DNA of 17,561 nt from a bacterium (GCA_041640455.1 JBEQAF010000041.1:1-17561), one strand, 5' to 3'. Numbered from the stretch's first letter, positions 1-9,759 are shown. Numbers and translations are program-made. The notes: generated by a model not told the origin, from the letters alone.

Positions 1-2
1 TA

Positions 3-716
3 AAAGAGTTGACCGCCGATGTGAAAGGTCTAAAATTAGGCATTCCGAAGGAGTATTTTATTGAGGGGATGGAAGAGGATGTAAAAAAACGTATTTATGA
101 AGCAATAGAGGTATATAAATCGCTGGGTGCAGAGACAGTAGAGATAAACCTCCCTCATACCGATTATGGCATTGCCGTTTATTATCTTGTTGCCACTGCA
201 GAGGCAAGCAGTAATCTTGCAAGATTTGATGGCGTTAAATACGGATATCGTTTTGAGAAGGCTAAAGATCTGAGAGAAATGTATGTTAAAACAAAGAAAG
301 AAGGGTTTGGAGAAGAGGTAAAAAGAAGGATCATGCTTGGCACTTTTGGACTTGCTTCAGGATATTATGATGCTTATTACAAAAAGGCAAGCAAGGTAAG
401 AACTCTGATAAAGAGAGATTTTGAAGAAGCCTTTAAAAAGGTAAACGCCATTCTCTGTCCTACCTCTCCTACCACTGCCTTTAAGCTTGGAGAAAAGACA
501 GGTGATCCCATAAAAATGTACCTTTCAGATGTGTTTACAATTAATATAAATCTGGCTGGACTACCAGCCATATCTATCCCCTGTGGCTTTGACACCAAAG
601 GTCTACCAGTTGGAATTCAGATAATCGGCAACTATCTGAAAGAATCAGAGATTATGAATATTGCCTACGCCTTCGAAAAGGCGGTTGGCGGATTTAGGTT
701 TTCACCCTTTATTTAA
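3..716 (+). CDS. gatA: Asp-tRNA(Asn)/Glu-tRNA(Gln) amidotransferase subunit A, 5'-truncated by the window edge
   Basis: The frame is open from position 3, so the TTG at 9 is not a real start. C-terminal GatA motifs: [70 protein letters not shown]. It lies directly upstream of gatB. Confidence 0.97.
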   Translation, partial: KELTADVKGLKLGIPKEYFIEGMEEDVKKRIYEAIEVYKSLGAETVEINLPHTDYGIAVYYLVATAEASSNLARFDGVKYGYRFEKAKDLREMYVKTKKEGFGEEVKRRIMLGTFGLASGYYDAYYKKASKVRTLIKRDFEEAFKKVNAILCPTSPTTAFKLGEKTGDPIKMYLSDVFTININLAGLPAISIPCGFDTKGLPVGIQIIGNYLKESEIMNIAYAFEKAVGGFRFSPFI

Positions 717-733
717 AGTCCGGAGGTTCATTA

Positions 734-2167
734 ATGTCATACGAAGCAGTGATAGGTCTTGAGGTTCATGCACAGCTACTTACAGATAGTAAAATATTTT
801 GCGGCTGTTCTACCAGATTTGGTAGTGAGCCCAATACTCAGGTCTGTCCCATATGTCTCGGAATGCCCGGTGTTTTACCCAAGCTAAACAAGAAAGTGGT
901 TCAGTTTGCCGTGATGCTTGGTCTTACAACGGGATGCAGAATTAATAAAAACTCACTTTTTGCGAGAAAGAATTATTTTTATCCAGATCTTCCCAAGGGA
1001 TATCAGATCTCCCAGTACGAGCTTCCCATCTGCGAGAAGGGACAGCTGATAATCAAGCTAAATGGTAAAGAGAAGCCCATAGGGATTACAAGGATCCATA
1101 TGGAAGAGGATGCGGGAAAGCTCATTCATGAAGGTGCTTTCAGTCTGGTTGATCTTAATAGGACGGGAACACCACTTCTTGAAATAGTAAGTGAACCGGA
1201 TATTAGATCATCAGAAGAGGCTATTGCATATCTGAAAGAGCTCAGACAGGTTTTATTATATCTCGGGATCTGTGACGGTAATATGGAAGAAGGTAGTTTC
1301 AGATGTGATGCTAATGTATCGGTGAGAAAAATTGGTGATACCAGATTTGGTACAAAGACTGAGATTAAAAACGTAAACTCCTTCAGATTTATCCAGCGTG
1401 CCATAGATTATGAGATAGAGCGACAGATTGACGTTCTCGAGAATGGCGGTAAGGTAGTTCAGGAGACAAGACTTTTTGATTCTTCAAAAGGAATTACCAT
1501 ATCCATGCGTAGCAAAGAAGAGGCTCACGATTACCGGTATTTCCCTGAACCGGATCTTATGCCCGTTATTCTCGATGATGCCTTTATAGAAGAGATAAGA
1601 CAGAGGCTGCCTGAGAGCCCCTATGATAAGAGAAAAAGGTTTCTTAAAACCTACGGCATCCCTGAATATGATGTGGAAATACTTACATCAGAAAAGGATA
1701 TAGCCGATTTTTACGAATCCACTGTAAGATTATTTAACAACCCCAAGTCTGTGAGCAACTTTATAATGACCGAAGTGCTGAAAGAGCTTAATGAAAAAAA
1801 GGTCTCCATTAAAGAGACCAGACTAACTCCGGAGCTTCTGGCAGAGCTTTTAAGACTACTTGACAGCGACAAAATAAATACTAACGCGGCAAAATCTATC
1901 CTTCCAGAGATGGTAAATTCGGGGAAATCTCCTCAGATACTGATAGAAGAGCTTGGACTTGCCCAGATATCAGATCAGTCAGAGCTTTTCACGTTAATAG
2001 ATGAGGTTATAAAGTCAAACCCAAAGGAGGTTCAGGATTATCTGGCAGGCAAAGACAAGCTTTTCGGCTTTTTTGTCGGACAGGTAATGAAAAAAAGCAA
2101 AGGTAAGGCAAATCCAAAGCTTCTGAATGAGCTGATGAAGAAAAAACTTGACGAGCTTAAGAGTTAA
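734..2167 (+). CDS. gatB: Asp-tRNA(Asn)/Glu-tRNA(Gln) amidotransferase subunit B
   Basis: Motifs [84 protein letters not shown], and a C-terminal YqeY-like tail [21 protein letters not shown] at 722-726. Confidence 0.99.
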   Translation: MSYEAVIGLEVHAQLLTDSKIFCGCSTRFGSEPNTQVCPICLGMPGVLPKLNKKVVQFAVMLGLTTGCRINKNSLFARKNYFYPDLPKGYQISQYELPICEKGQLIIKLNGKEKPIGITRIHMEEDAGKLIHEGAFSLVDLNRTGTPLLEIVSEPDIRSSEEAIAYLKELRQVLLYLGICDGNMEEGSFRCDANVSVRKIGDTRFGTKTEIKNVNSFRFIQRAIDYEIERQIDVLENGGKVVQETRLFDSSKGITISMRSKEEAHDYRYFPEPDLMPVILDDAFIEEIRQRLPESPYDKRKRFLKTYGIPEYDVEILTSEKDIADFYESTVRLFNNPKSVSNFIMTEVLKELNEKKVSIKETRLTPELLAELLRLLDSDKINTNAAKSILPEMVNSGKSPQILIEELGLAQISDQSELFTLIDEVIKSNPKEVQDYLAGKDKLFGFFVGQVMKKSKGKANPKLLNELMKKKLDELKS

Positions 2168-2196
2168 AAAATGCTGTCTTTTTTAAGAAAGATATA

Positions 2197-2226
2197 TTGA
2201 CATTAAAAAATATTATAAAGTAAACT
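2197..2226 (+). promoter_or_regulatory. Putative sigma70 promoter (-35 TTGACA, 18-bp spacer, -10 TAAACT)
   Basis: Perfect TTGACA at 2197-2202 and TAAACT at 2221-2226, in the only sizeable intergenic gap ahead of the long + strand gene run. The upstream sequence is AT-rich. Confidence 0.65.
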
Positions 2227-2238
2227 TTAACTCTAAGA

Positions 2239-2604
2239 ATGAAGATTGAAAAAATACTGGTAGTAGAAGACGACGACGAGGTAAGATGGTCTCTCGTCAC
2301 ATTCCTCAAGAAAGAGGGATTTTATGTTTCTGAGGCTAAGGACGGTTTAGAAGCCTGCAGTTTACTCAAAAAAGACAAGTATCATCTAATCATCTCAGAT
2401 CTCAAGATGCCAAATTTTTCCGGTGAAGAGCTTCAGGATTTCTGTGAGAAAGAATGCATAAAAGCCAAGTTTATTATAATCACTGCCTACGGCAAGGTAG
2501 AGAGCTTTATGAATGTAATGAAGAAAGGCGCATATGAATACCTGAATAAGCCGGTAAGGTTAGAGGAACTCCTTTCACTGATAAAAAAAATTGAGGAACA
2601 ATAA
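2239..2604 (+). CDS. Single-domain response regulator (stand-alone receiver, NtrC-like REC)
   Basis: 121 aa. Acidic pocket VVEDD, phospho-acceptor Asp54 in ISDLKMP, ITAYG, GAYEYLNKP. No output domain. Confidence 0.93.
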   Translation: MKIEKILVVEDDDEVRWSLVTFLKKEGFYVSEAKDGLEACSLLKKDKYHLIISDLKMPNFSGEELQDFCEKECIKAKFIIITAYGKVESFMNVMKKGAYEYLNKPVRLEELLSLIKKIEEQ

Positions 2605-2605
2605 T

Positions 2606-3631
2606 ATGAAGGAGATCAGAAAAGACATATTTACAGGACAGTGGGTGGTTTTTAATACAGATCTGAAAGAGCGCATAGTCTACTTCTGGAAAGAAAGAAA
2701 ATATCATGAACCCAGACTTTCTTCCTGCAGTTTCTGTGAGGGGCGGGAACATGAAACACCACCAGAGTCTCTTGCCTACAGAAGATCTGGATCAGAGCAA
2801 AACAAAGCTGGCTGGTGGATCCGTTGCTTTAAAAACAAAGATTCGGTGCTCTCAACTGATGAGGAGCTTGATAGAAGACCTGTAGGAATCTATGATATAG
2901 TGACTGGTTATGGTTCCCATGAGATTATAGTGGAGACTAATGAGCATAAAACCCAGCTCGAAGAGCTATCTTTTAATCAGATAAGAGATGTATTATGGAG
3001 CTTTAAGGAAAGAATCTCTGAACTGAAAAAGGATAGGGGATATAAATACGTATTAATTTTTAAAAATTTTGGTCTCGGTACCTACGGAAGTATGGAGCAT
3101 AGTCACTCTCAGATCCTTGCAACACCCATTATGCCCCGAAAAATAAAGGACGAGCTCAACCAGGCAAAAATCTATTATTCCGATAAAGAAAGATGTATTT
3201 TCTGTGACGTAATTAAACAGGAGCTCCGTCAGAGAGAGCGGGTTATATTTGAGACACAGCATTTTGTAGTTTTAACACCCTATGCCTCCAACTCGCCCTA
3301 TGAGATGTTTATTTTCCCTAAGATGCACAGTCATCTTTATGAAGAGATTACGCCCACATTAGCCAATGATCTTACAGAGACACTGGCAACAGCAATGAAA
3401 AAACTATCAAAACTGCTCTCTGCACCGCCTTACACACTTGCCATTCACACAGCGCCGAACCTGCTGCCAAGACCTGGCTACTGGGGCACCATTCAGTATG
3501 ACTATCACTGGCATATAGAGATCTCACCAAGACTATTCCGTTTATCAGGGCTCGAATGGGGAACTGGCTTTTACTTTAACCCAATCCTGCCTGAAGAGGC
3601 AGCAGAAGGGCTAAAAAATACAAATGTATAA
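2606..3631 (+). CDS. GalT-family (HIT superfamily) nucleotidyltransferase, galactose-1-phosphate uridylyltransferase-like
   Basis: HxHxQ active site HSHSQ (3098-3112), CSFCEG and CIFCD Cys pairs, HEIIVET, YHWHIEISPR, GLEWGTGFYFNP. Start moved to ATG 2606 because of SD GAGGA at 2593-2597. Confidence 0.88.
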   Translation: MKEIRKDIFTGQWVVFNTDLKERIVYFWKERKYHEPRLSSCSFCEGREHETPPESLAYRRSGSEQNKAGWWIRCFKNKDSVLSTDEELDRRPVGIYDIVTGYGSHEIIVETNEHKTQLEELSFNQIRDVLWSFKERISELKKDRGYKYVLIFKNFGLGTYGSMEHSHSQILATPIMPRKIKDELNQAKIYYSDKERCIFCDVIKQELRQRERVIFETQHFVVLTPYASNSPYEMFIFPKMHSHLYEEITPTLANDLTETLATAMKKLSKLLSAPPYTLAIHTAPNLLPRPGYWGTIQYDYHWHIEISPRLFRLSGLEWGTGFYFNPILPEEAAEGLKNTNV

Positions 3632-3632
3632 A

Positions 3633-3640
3633 GGGGGGGG
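3633..3640 (+). repeat. G8 homopolymer at the ribosome-binding site of the USP gene
   Basis: The sequence TAAAGGGGGGGGTATG lies between the GalT-like stop (3629-3631) and ATG 3642. Confidence 0.9.
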
Positions 3641-3641
3641 T

Positions 3642-4088
3642 ATGAGTTTTAAAAAAATCCTGTGTCCAACAGATTTTTCAGAATATTCAGAAAAGGCATT
3701 AAGCTATGCTAAAGTGCTTGCCAAAACTTTTAATGCCAAAATTTATATTATGCATATAATTTTTGAGCCTGCAGAATTTACAGGCTTTTATGTGCCGCAC
3801 ATATCCTTTGACAAGATAAAGACAGAGATTAAATCTGCTGCACAGAAGCTTATGGATGATTTTGTTAATAAAAATCTGAAGGATTTTTCTGATTACGAGG
3901 TAATAGTAAAGATAGGCGACCCAGCAACAGAGATTGTGAATTTTGCCGATGAGAAAGAGATTGACCTGATAGTAATAGGCAGTCAGGGTAAAAAGGGACT
4001 CGAAAAGATGGTTTTTGGCAGCACAGCAGAAAAGGTGGTAAAAAAATCAAACTGCCCTGTGTTATGCGTTAAGCCAGACAAAGAATAG
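3642..4088 (+). CDS. Universal stress protein (UspA family, ATP-binding type)
   Basis: [11 protein letters not shown] at the N-terminus, G-2X-G-9X-GS motif [22 protein letters not shown] at the C-terminus. An alternative in-frame ATG is at 3624. Confidence 0.95.
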   Translation: MSFKKILCPTDFSEYSEKALSYAKVLAKTFNAKIYIMHIIFEPAEFTGFYVPHISFDKIKTEIKSAAQKLMDDFVNKNLKDFSDYEVIVKIGDPATEIVNFADEKEIDLIVIGSQGKKGLEKMVFGSTAEKVVKKSNCPVLCVKPDKE

Positions 4089-4093
4089 GAAAA

Positions 4094-6055
4094 ATGAGAT
4101 TTAATTCAAACAGAAAAAGATACCTCTTTTATGGAATTTTTGCAGGTGTTTGTGCACCCTTAGGCTGGCTTACTATTGCCATTTTAACCTTCAGATCATC
4201 CTCACAGGATCTTTTAAGTTATCTGGGAGAGTTTTTTACATCAAACTATAATCTATCCCTGATGTTTTATTTTTCCACATCCATTCTGGTTCTGGGCTCT
4301 CTGGGCTATATTATTGGATTTAACAGAGATAAGCTTTTTGAACAGAACCAGGATCTTGAGAGAAGCAGGGCGGAAATTCAGGTTAGAGAGTCCGAGTACA
4401 GGACAACTCTTGAAAATCTCAGATTAAAAACCAACAGACTTCTTGAGGCAAGCAAAAAGATTCATGAGGCGCAGAATATTAATGATGCCCTGAAGGAGGT
4501 TGGCAGATGTGCTTACGAAATACTGGATTTTGATCGGGTAAATATTCTTCTTGTTAATGAAGAGGCTCAGCGGATAGAATGTGTGGTCACCTTTGGCACC
4601 AAAGACCCCATAGAAAGAATATGGGTTCCTTTAAGCACAGAAGGTGGGCTACTTTTCAGAGCCATTCATGATAATAAAACCTATCTTATAAAAGATATAA
4701 GCGACTATCCTGATGATTTTCACCTCCATCCGCCCTTTTCAAATATAGAATCTTTCCGTGCCAAGTCTTTTTTCTGCCTGCCCTTTCATAGGCTGGGTAA
4801 ACCCATCGGTGTTATTAACGTAGACAATAAATATAAAAGGAAGATAGCCTCTGAAGATGAGCTTGCCGTGCTGACAGTATTAGCTCAGCAGGTGTCTCAG
4901 GCAATAACAAATCTTTATTTCATTGATAGCATTAACAGAGTTTCAAAGGAGCTCGAAGATTCCTTTAAGATGATTCTTTTTCAGAGAGAGAAGCAGACAG
5001 AAATTTTCAACCGCTTTAGTCAAACCATAGAAAGCATCAGCGAAGGATATAACCTGCTGAACAACAATATTCATGATCTATTCCAGTCTCTTGAAAGAAG
5101 CGTTGCATCTGTTGCACAGATTCATTCCTCCATCGCAGAGACATCTCAGGCATTAAAAAACCTTTATCGTTATACAGAAGAGCTTGCCTCAACAGCACTT
5201 GAGATGAGAGAGCTGGGAGAGGAGGTCGCTACTTCAAGCAAAGTAAGTCTTGAAAGCAGCATAAAATTAAGCATAAAGGCAGAGGAAGGAAGCGTTGTTC
5301 TACTAAACATCTATGATTTTATAGAGAACGTAAAAAAGACTCTTGATATATCTCGAAATCTTTTTGAAAAATACAGAAATACTATTCAAGGCGTTTATCA
5401 GATAGTTCTCACCATTACGGGTATTACCGAGCAGACCAATCTGCTTTCCTTAAACGCATCCATCATAGCCTCTCAAGCAGGCGAATACGGCAAACCCTTC
5501 GCTGTGGTAGCCAACGAGATAAAATCCCTGTCAGAAAGGACAAAGTTCTCTGCACAGGAGATTAAGAACACCGTTGATATGCTGAAGGATGAGTCGGAAG
5601 AGTTTATCTCTACTATTGAAAAGACCTATGAGATGGTAGAAGAAGGGATTAGAACAGCCACCAGATCAAAGCAGATATATATTGAGCTCAAAGATCTATC
5701 GGAAAGCTCCAGGGTAATCAGCGAAAAGATTGAGAAGGCTGTTACTGAGCAGCTAACTGGTGTTACCTATATGTCCCGTTCCATAGAGGAGATTCGAGAC
5801 AATGCAAAAAAAATTGCCACCGCAGGGGAAGAGCAGGAGAAGGGGAGCAATCAGGTAGTTGAAGCAAACGAAGATATTAGATCTCTTGCAAAGCAGGTAT
5901 TAAGTTTTAACGACAAAGAGTTTAATGAGTTTAAAAATATATCCATAATGTTCAGAGAAGTAAATGACTTTATAGACTCCATGTTTAAAGAGATAGACAA
6001 TAAAAACAGGGAAATAAACAGGCTGGTAGATGAGCTAAAGATTTACTTTAAATAG
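4094..6055 (+). CDS. Methyl-accepting chemotaxis-type receptor with two N-terminal TM helices and a cytoplasmic GAF domain
   Basis: Two hydrophobic segments in the first ~75 aa, then a coiled coil and a GAF domain ([12 protein letters not shown]...FCLPF...IGVINVDNK...[12 protein letters not shown]). MCP hairpin tip [40 protein letters not shown], with EQ/EE methylation-type pairs after it. Confidence 0.9.
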   Translation: MRFNSNRKRYLFYGIFAGVCAPLGWLTIAILTFRSSSQDLLSYLGEFFTSNYNLSLMFYFSTSILVLGSLGYIIGFNRDKLFEQNQDLERSRAEIQVRESEYRTTLENLRLKTNRLLEASKKIHEAQNINDALKEVGRCAYEILDFDRVNILLVNEEAQRIECVVTFGTKDPIERIWVPLSTEGGLLFRAIHDNKTYLIKDISDYPDDFHLHPPFSNIESFRAKSFFCLPFHRLGKPIGVINVDNKYKRKIASEDELAVLTVLAQQVSQAITNLYFIDSINRVSKELEDSFKMILFQREKQTEIFNRFSQTIESISEGYNLLNNNIHDLFQSLERSVASVAQIHSSIAETSQALKNLYRYTEELASTALEMRELGEEVATSSKVSLESSIKLSIKAEEGSVVLLNIYDFIENVKKTLDISRNLFEKYRNTIQGVYQIVLTITGITEQTNLLSLNASIIASQAGEYGKPFAVVANEIKSLSERTKFSAQEIKNTVDMLKDESEEFISTIEKTYEMVEEGIRTATRSKQIYIELKDLSESSRVISEKIEKAVTEQLTGVTYMSRSIEEIRDNAKKIATAGEEQEKGSNQVVEANEDIRSLAKQVLSFNDKEFNEFKNISIMFREVNDFIDSMFKEIDNKNREINRLVDELKIYFK

Positions 6056-7147
6056 ATGGAAAAACATATATTTATCATCGATGATGATGAAGAGATCCTA
6101 ACCCTTCTTCAGTTTGGATTATCCAGGGCTAATTACAACGTCAGGACAGCCAGAAATCACAGGGAGCTTTTTGCCCATATAGAAAGCGGATATCTTCCTG
6201 ACATTTTTATAATTGATTATTACCTGCCCGAGGTTGACGGGATATCATTATCAAAAGAGCTGCTGACAAGAAATATTAAAAAGCCCGTATTTCTTTTTAC
6301 TGCCGCAGACAGTGATGTGATAAATATCTCCGAATGTCCTGAAAATATTGTGGACATAATAAGAAAACCCTTCAGCTTTGACGATATTATTGAAAAGATA
6401 AACAAAATAGAGCGGGCAATTGGATTTTACGCCTCCGAACTGGCTGATAAAAAAACGGGCAGAGTAATTATGTCAGATCATACCTACTCGGTTAGGGCAG
6501 CAGATCTGACTGCTTTTTTTGGTAAAATTTCTCACAAAATGAAAAACTCTCTCCAGTCCATTACCAATTATGTGGAGCTTCTTAAAAAGGGATATGTGGA
6601 TAAAGCCGATGAAGAGCGAGTATTTAACTCTATACTAAAAAAAATAGATGAGATAAAACATGAGATAGACATATTGAAACATCCCCAAGATTACTATCAG
6701 GAAGAAAAGTTTTCTCTAAAAACAGTTATAAAACTGGCTCTTTCAGGATTAAAAACGCAGATTAAGGAAAAGGATATTTACATTAAAACCAGCTATCAGA
6801 AAAACCTGCCTCTTTGTTTTGGAAAAAGAGGGCTCCTTTATGAGTTATTTTTTAACCTCTTTGAAAAAATTGTTTACTGCTCTCAAAAATCCAGTAGCCT
6901 TGAGATATCGGTTTTCTGCCAAGCTGATGAATACTTAATAACTATAATTCAGAGCCGGATTGAACCCGCCTGTCAGAACCTCTCAGAGTTTTTTAATCTT
7001 ACATTAAAAGATGAAAATGCCATCAGTTTTACCAGAAGCATACTGGGATTAAAGAATATGGACGGAAAAATAGAGATTAATCTGGACGAGCTTGGCAGAG
7101 GCAGTTATAAAATAACCTTACCTTTCAATGCCCATGTATCAGATTGA
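6056..7147 (+). CDS. Receiver domain fused to a HisKA-like helix and a degenerate HATPase (probable pseudo-histidine kinase)
   Basis: REC motifs IIDDD, FIIDYYLP, FTA, RKPF. H-box-like KISHKMKNSLQSI (His160). The C-terminal domain keeps HATPase spacing and ends in YKITLP but lacks the N-box Asn and the G1 and G2 glycine motifs. Confidence 0.8.
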   Translation: MEKHIFIIDDDEEILTLLQFGLSRANYNVRTARNHRELFAHIESGYLPDIFIIDYYLPEVDGISLSKELLTRNIKKPVFLFTAADSDVINISECPENIVDIIRKPFSFDDIIEKINKIERAIGFYASELADKKTGRVIMSDHTYSVRAADLTAFFGKISHKMKNSLQSITNYVELLKKGYVDKADEERVFNSILKKIDEIKHEIDILKHPQDYYQEEKFSLKTVIKLALSGLKTQIKEKDIYIKTSYQKNLPLCFGKRGLLYELFFNLFEKIVYCSQKSSSLEISVFCQADEYLITIIQSRIEPACQNLSEFFNLTLKDENAISFTRSILGLKNMDGKIEINLDELGRGSYKITLPFNAHVSD

Positions 7148-8699
7148 GATCTCAGTTCCGCCTGAAAAAGACAATCTAAATTATGTCAGGGAAAGCCTTC
7201 TTTTTTCACTTAAAATTAAGGAAGAGGAGCTTCTGTATTACAATATAGAGAAAAAATCTCTTGATGCCCGGAAAAAATCTGCCATCAGATGGATATACAG
7301 GATAAACTTTAAAACAAAAAATCCTCCCGGTCCGGATATGCTAAAATTATTAAAAGAGATTGAGGAGACAAAAAATAATTATTTTCCCATCAAGATTAAA
7401 GATAAAAAACGAATAGTTGTAGTAGGCATGGGACCAGCAGGGATATTTTGTGGGCTTTTTTTAGCCATTCACGGACTTGATGTAACTATAATTGAGAAAG
7501 GAAAAAGCGTAGAAGAACGAATAGTTGATGTGGAAAAATTTTTCCATTCGGGGCTTCTTGATGAGAACTCCAATATCCAGTTTGGAGAAGGTGGCGCAGG
7601 CACATTTTCAGATGGAAAGCTCACAGCAAGAACAAGATATGAGTTCCACCAGTTTATTATAGATGAGCTTATTAATGCTGGAGCACCTGATGAGATTGCC
7701 TATCTAAACAAACCTCATATCGGAACAAATCTACTTAGAAAAATTTTAAAAAATCTGAGAGTTAGGCTTATATCTCTTGGTGTAAATATGAGCTTTCAGG
7801 AGCGGTTTATATCTCCTATTCTTAGTAAAGACAGAACCCTATTGGGTATCAGGACAGATAAAAGAGAGCTTGAATCAGATTACCTTGTGCTTGCAGTGGG
7901 AAACTCTGCAAGAGATGTTTTTGAAGAGCTTGCCAGACAGAGGATTATTCTGGAGCCTAAGGGTTTTGCCATGGGCTTTCGGATGGAGCTCAGACAGAAG
8001 CTTATAAACCGTAACCAGTATGGAGATAAGGCAAAATATCTTCCCCCCGCCGATTTCTTTTTGTCAAAATACTTTGACTCAATAAAAGGAAGTGTTTATA
8101 CATTCTGCATGTGTCCGGGCGGATACGTGATACCAGCCTCATCGGAAAAAGAGATGCTTGTATTAAACGGCATGAGCAATTATGAAAGAGATAACATATT
8201 TGGCAATGCAGGGCTGGTAATATCCCTTTCTCCAAAGGATTGGAATAATGAACCCTTTGGTGGTATAATGCTTCAGCGTGAGGTTGAAAGAAAATGTTTT
8301 ATTGCCGGCGGTGGCGGTTATCAGGCACCTTTCTGCACTACCAGAGATTTTGTTGAGAGAAAAATTAGAACAGAAAAAGCAGAGAGCTCTTATCCGAGAG
8401 GGCTGACCGCTTTCCCCCTCTGGGAGATTTACGCTCATAAATATATATATTTTAAAGAGGCATTAAAGGATTTTGATATAAAACTTAAAGGTGTTTTATC
8501 AGATGAGACCATTCTTCTTGCCCCGGAAACAAGAACATCATCTCCCATACGAATTAGAAGAGATGAAAATCACATGGTAATAAATGCAAAAAATATATTT
8601 GTTTGTGGTGAGGGGGCAGGATATGCGGGAGGTATTATAAGCTCTGCAGCAGATGGTGTGAACACAGCAAGAATTATTATTAATCTATCAGGAAGGTAA
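7128..8699 (+). CDS. Uncharacterised NAD(P)/FAD-dependent oxidoreductase (COG2509-like)
   Basis: Rossmann motif VVGMGPAG...IIEKG, plus GEGGAGTFSDGKL, PHIGT, TFCMCPGG, NGMS, ETRTSSP, GEGAGYAGGIISSAADG. The start could be 7128 or 7134. Confidence 0.9.
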   Translation: MPMYQIEISVPPEKDNLNYVRESLLFSLKIKEEELLYYNIEKKSLDARKKSAIRWIYRINFKTKNPPGPDMLKLLKEIEETKNNYFPIKIKDKKRIVVVGMGPAGIFCGLFLAIHGLDVTIIEKGKSVEERIVDVEKFFHSGLLDENSNIQFGEGGAGTFSDGKLTARTRYEFHQFIIDELINAGAPDEIAYLNKPHIGTNLLRKILKNLRVRLISLGVNMSFQERFISPILSKDRTLLGIRTDKRELESDYLVLAVGNSARDVFEELARQRIILEPKGFAMGFRMELRQKLINRNQYGDKAKYLPPADFFLSKYFDSIKGSVYTFCMCPGGYVIPASSEKEMLVLNGMSNYERDNIFGNAGLVISLSPKDWNNEPFGGIMLQREVERKCFIAGGGGYQAPFCTTRDFVERKIRTEKAESSYPRGLTAFPLWEIYAHKYIYFKEALKDFDIKLKGVLSDETILLAPETRTSSPIRIRRDENHMVINAKNIFVCGEGAGYAGGIISSAADGVNTARIIINLSGR

Positions 8700-8700
8700 T

Positions 8701-9759
8701 ATGACAAGAAAATTTATTCAGCAGCTTAAAGAGAACGAGAATGTGGATGATATCTTTTTCGTCAATGAAAAGGTAATGGGCATTGGCAAAACCGGAAAAT
8801 CTTATCTAAGTATAAAGTTATCAGACAAAACCGGCACCATGGATGCAAAAATATGGGACCGAATTGACATTCTGGGAAACAACTTTGACAAGGAGGAGTT
8901 TGTTAAGGTTAAGGGGGTAACCCAGCTTTTTCAGGGCTCTCTTCAGCTGGTTATCTCTGACATAAAAAGGATATCATCGGTCGAATCAATAAATATTGAA
9001 GATTTTATGCCCGACTCAGGCCTTGATATTGAAAAGCTCTGGCAGAACTATACGGGGATGGGAAGGTCTATCAAAAATAAATATTTAAATCAGCTTTTTC
9101 ACCTGATTTTTAATGACAGCGAGACAGAAAGAAAGTTTAAAATCTATCCTGCGGCAAAAAGCCTTCATCACGCCTATAAGGGTGGTCTGCTGGAGCACTC
9201 TGTCAACGTTGCTCACCTGAGTGAGCTAATTTACAAATATTATAAAAATAATATTAACAGAGACGTTCTTGTGTTTTCAGCTCTCATACATGATCTGGGC
9301 AAGATCTGGGAGCTTGACTTCAGCCTTATACCTACCTATACAGATGAAGGGAAACTATTAGGTCATATAATTTTGCTTGATGAGCAGATTTCAAAAAAAG
9401 CCGATTTAATTAAAGGATTTCCTAAGGATCTTCTTGTATATATAAGACATGTGCTTCTCAGCCATCATGGTGAATATGAGTTTGGCTCCCCCAAAAAACC
9501 CAAAGTTCTGGAAGGCTTAATACTGCACTTTCTCGACAATATGGATGCCAAGCTAAACAGCTTTAAACTTGCAATTGAAAGAGATAATCAACAGGGGAAC
9601 TGGACTTCGGTAGTAAGGGCTTTTGAAAGGCAGCTTTTCAAAGGGAAGATTATACCGGACGATGAGATAGCTTCATCGGAGATAAAAAAGTCGTCCGGTT
9701 CGGGCTTTAATACGGTTTTAAAAAATATAAATTTTGAACTATTTAATAGCAAGGAGTAA
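8701..9759 (+). CDS. yhaM: YhaM/Cbf1-family 3'-5' exoribonuclease (OB fold + HD domain)
   Basis: N-terminal OB fold (GKSYLSIKLSDKTGTMDAKIWD). HD-domain motifs PAAKSLHHAYKGGLLEHS, LIHDLGK, LLGHI, SHHGEYEFGSP, LDNMDAK. Confidence 0.88.
   Translation: MTRKFIQQLKENENVDDIFFVNEKVMGIGKTGKSYLSIKLSDKTGTMDAKIWDRIDILGNNFDKEEFVKVKGVTQLFQGSLQLVISDIKRISSVESINIEDFMPDSGLDIEKLWQNYTGMGRSIKNKYLNQLFHLIFNDSETERKFKIYPAAKSLHHAYKGGLLEHSVNVAHLSELIYKYYKNNINRDVLVFSALIHDLGKIWELDFSLIPTYTDEGKLLGHIILLDEQISKKADLIKGFPKDLLVYIRHVLLSHHGEYEFGSPKKPKVLEGLILHFLDNMDAKLNSFKLAIERDNQQGNWTSVVRAFERQLFKGKIIPDDEIASSEIKKSSGSGFNTVLKNINFELFNSKE

Noticed and set aside
668..683. Hairpin CGCCTT-CGAA-AAGGCG near the gatA 3' end
   Set aside because: It lies inside the coding sequence, has no U-tract and only a 6-bp stem, so it cannot be supported as a terminator.
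2177..2192. Imperfect inverted repeat TCTTTTTTAAGAAAGA after gatB
   Set aside because: It is AT-rich with no loop and no trailing U-tract, so it is not a credible intrinsic terminator.
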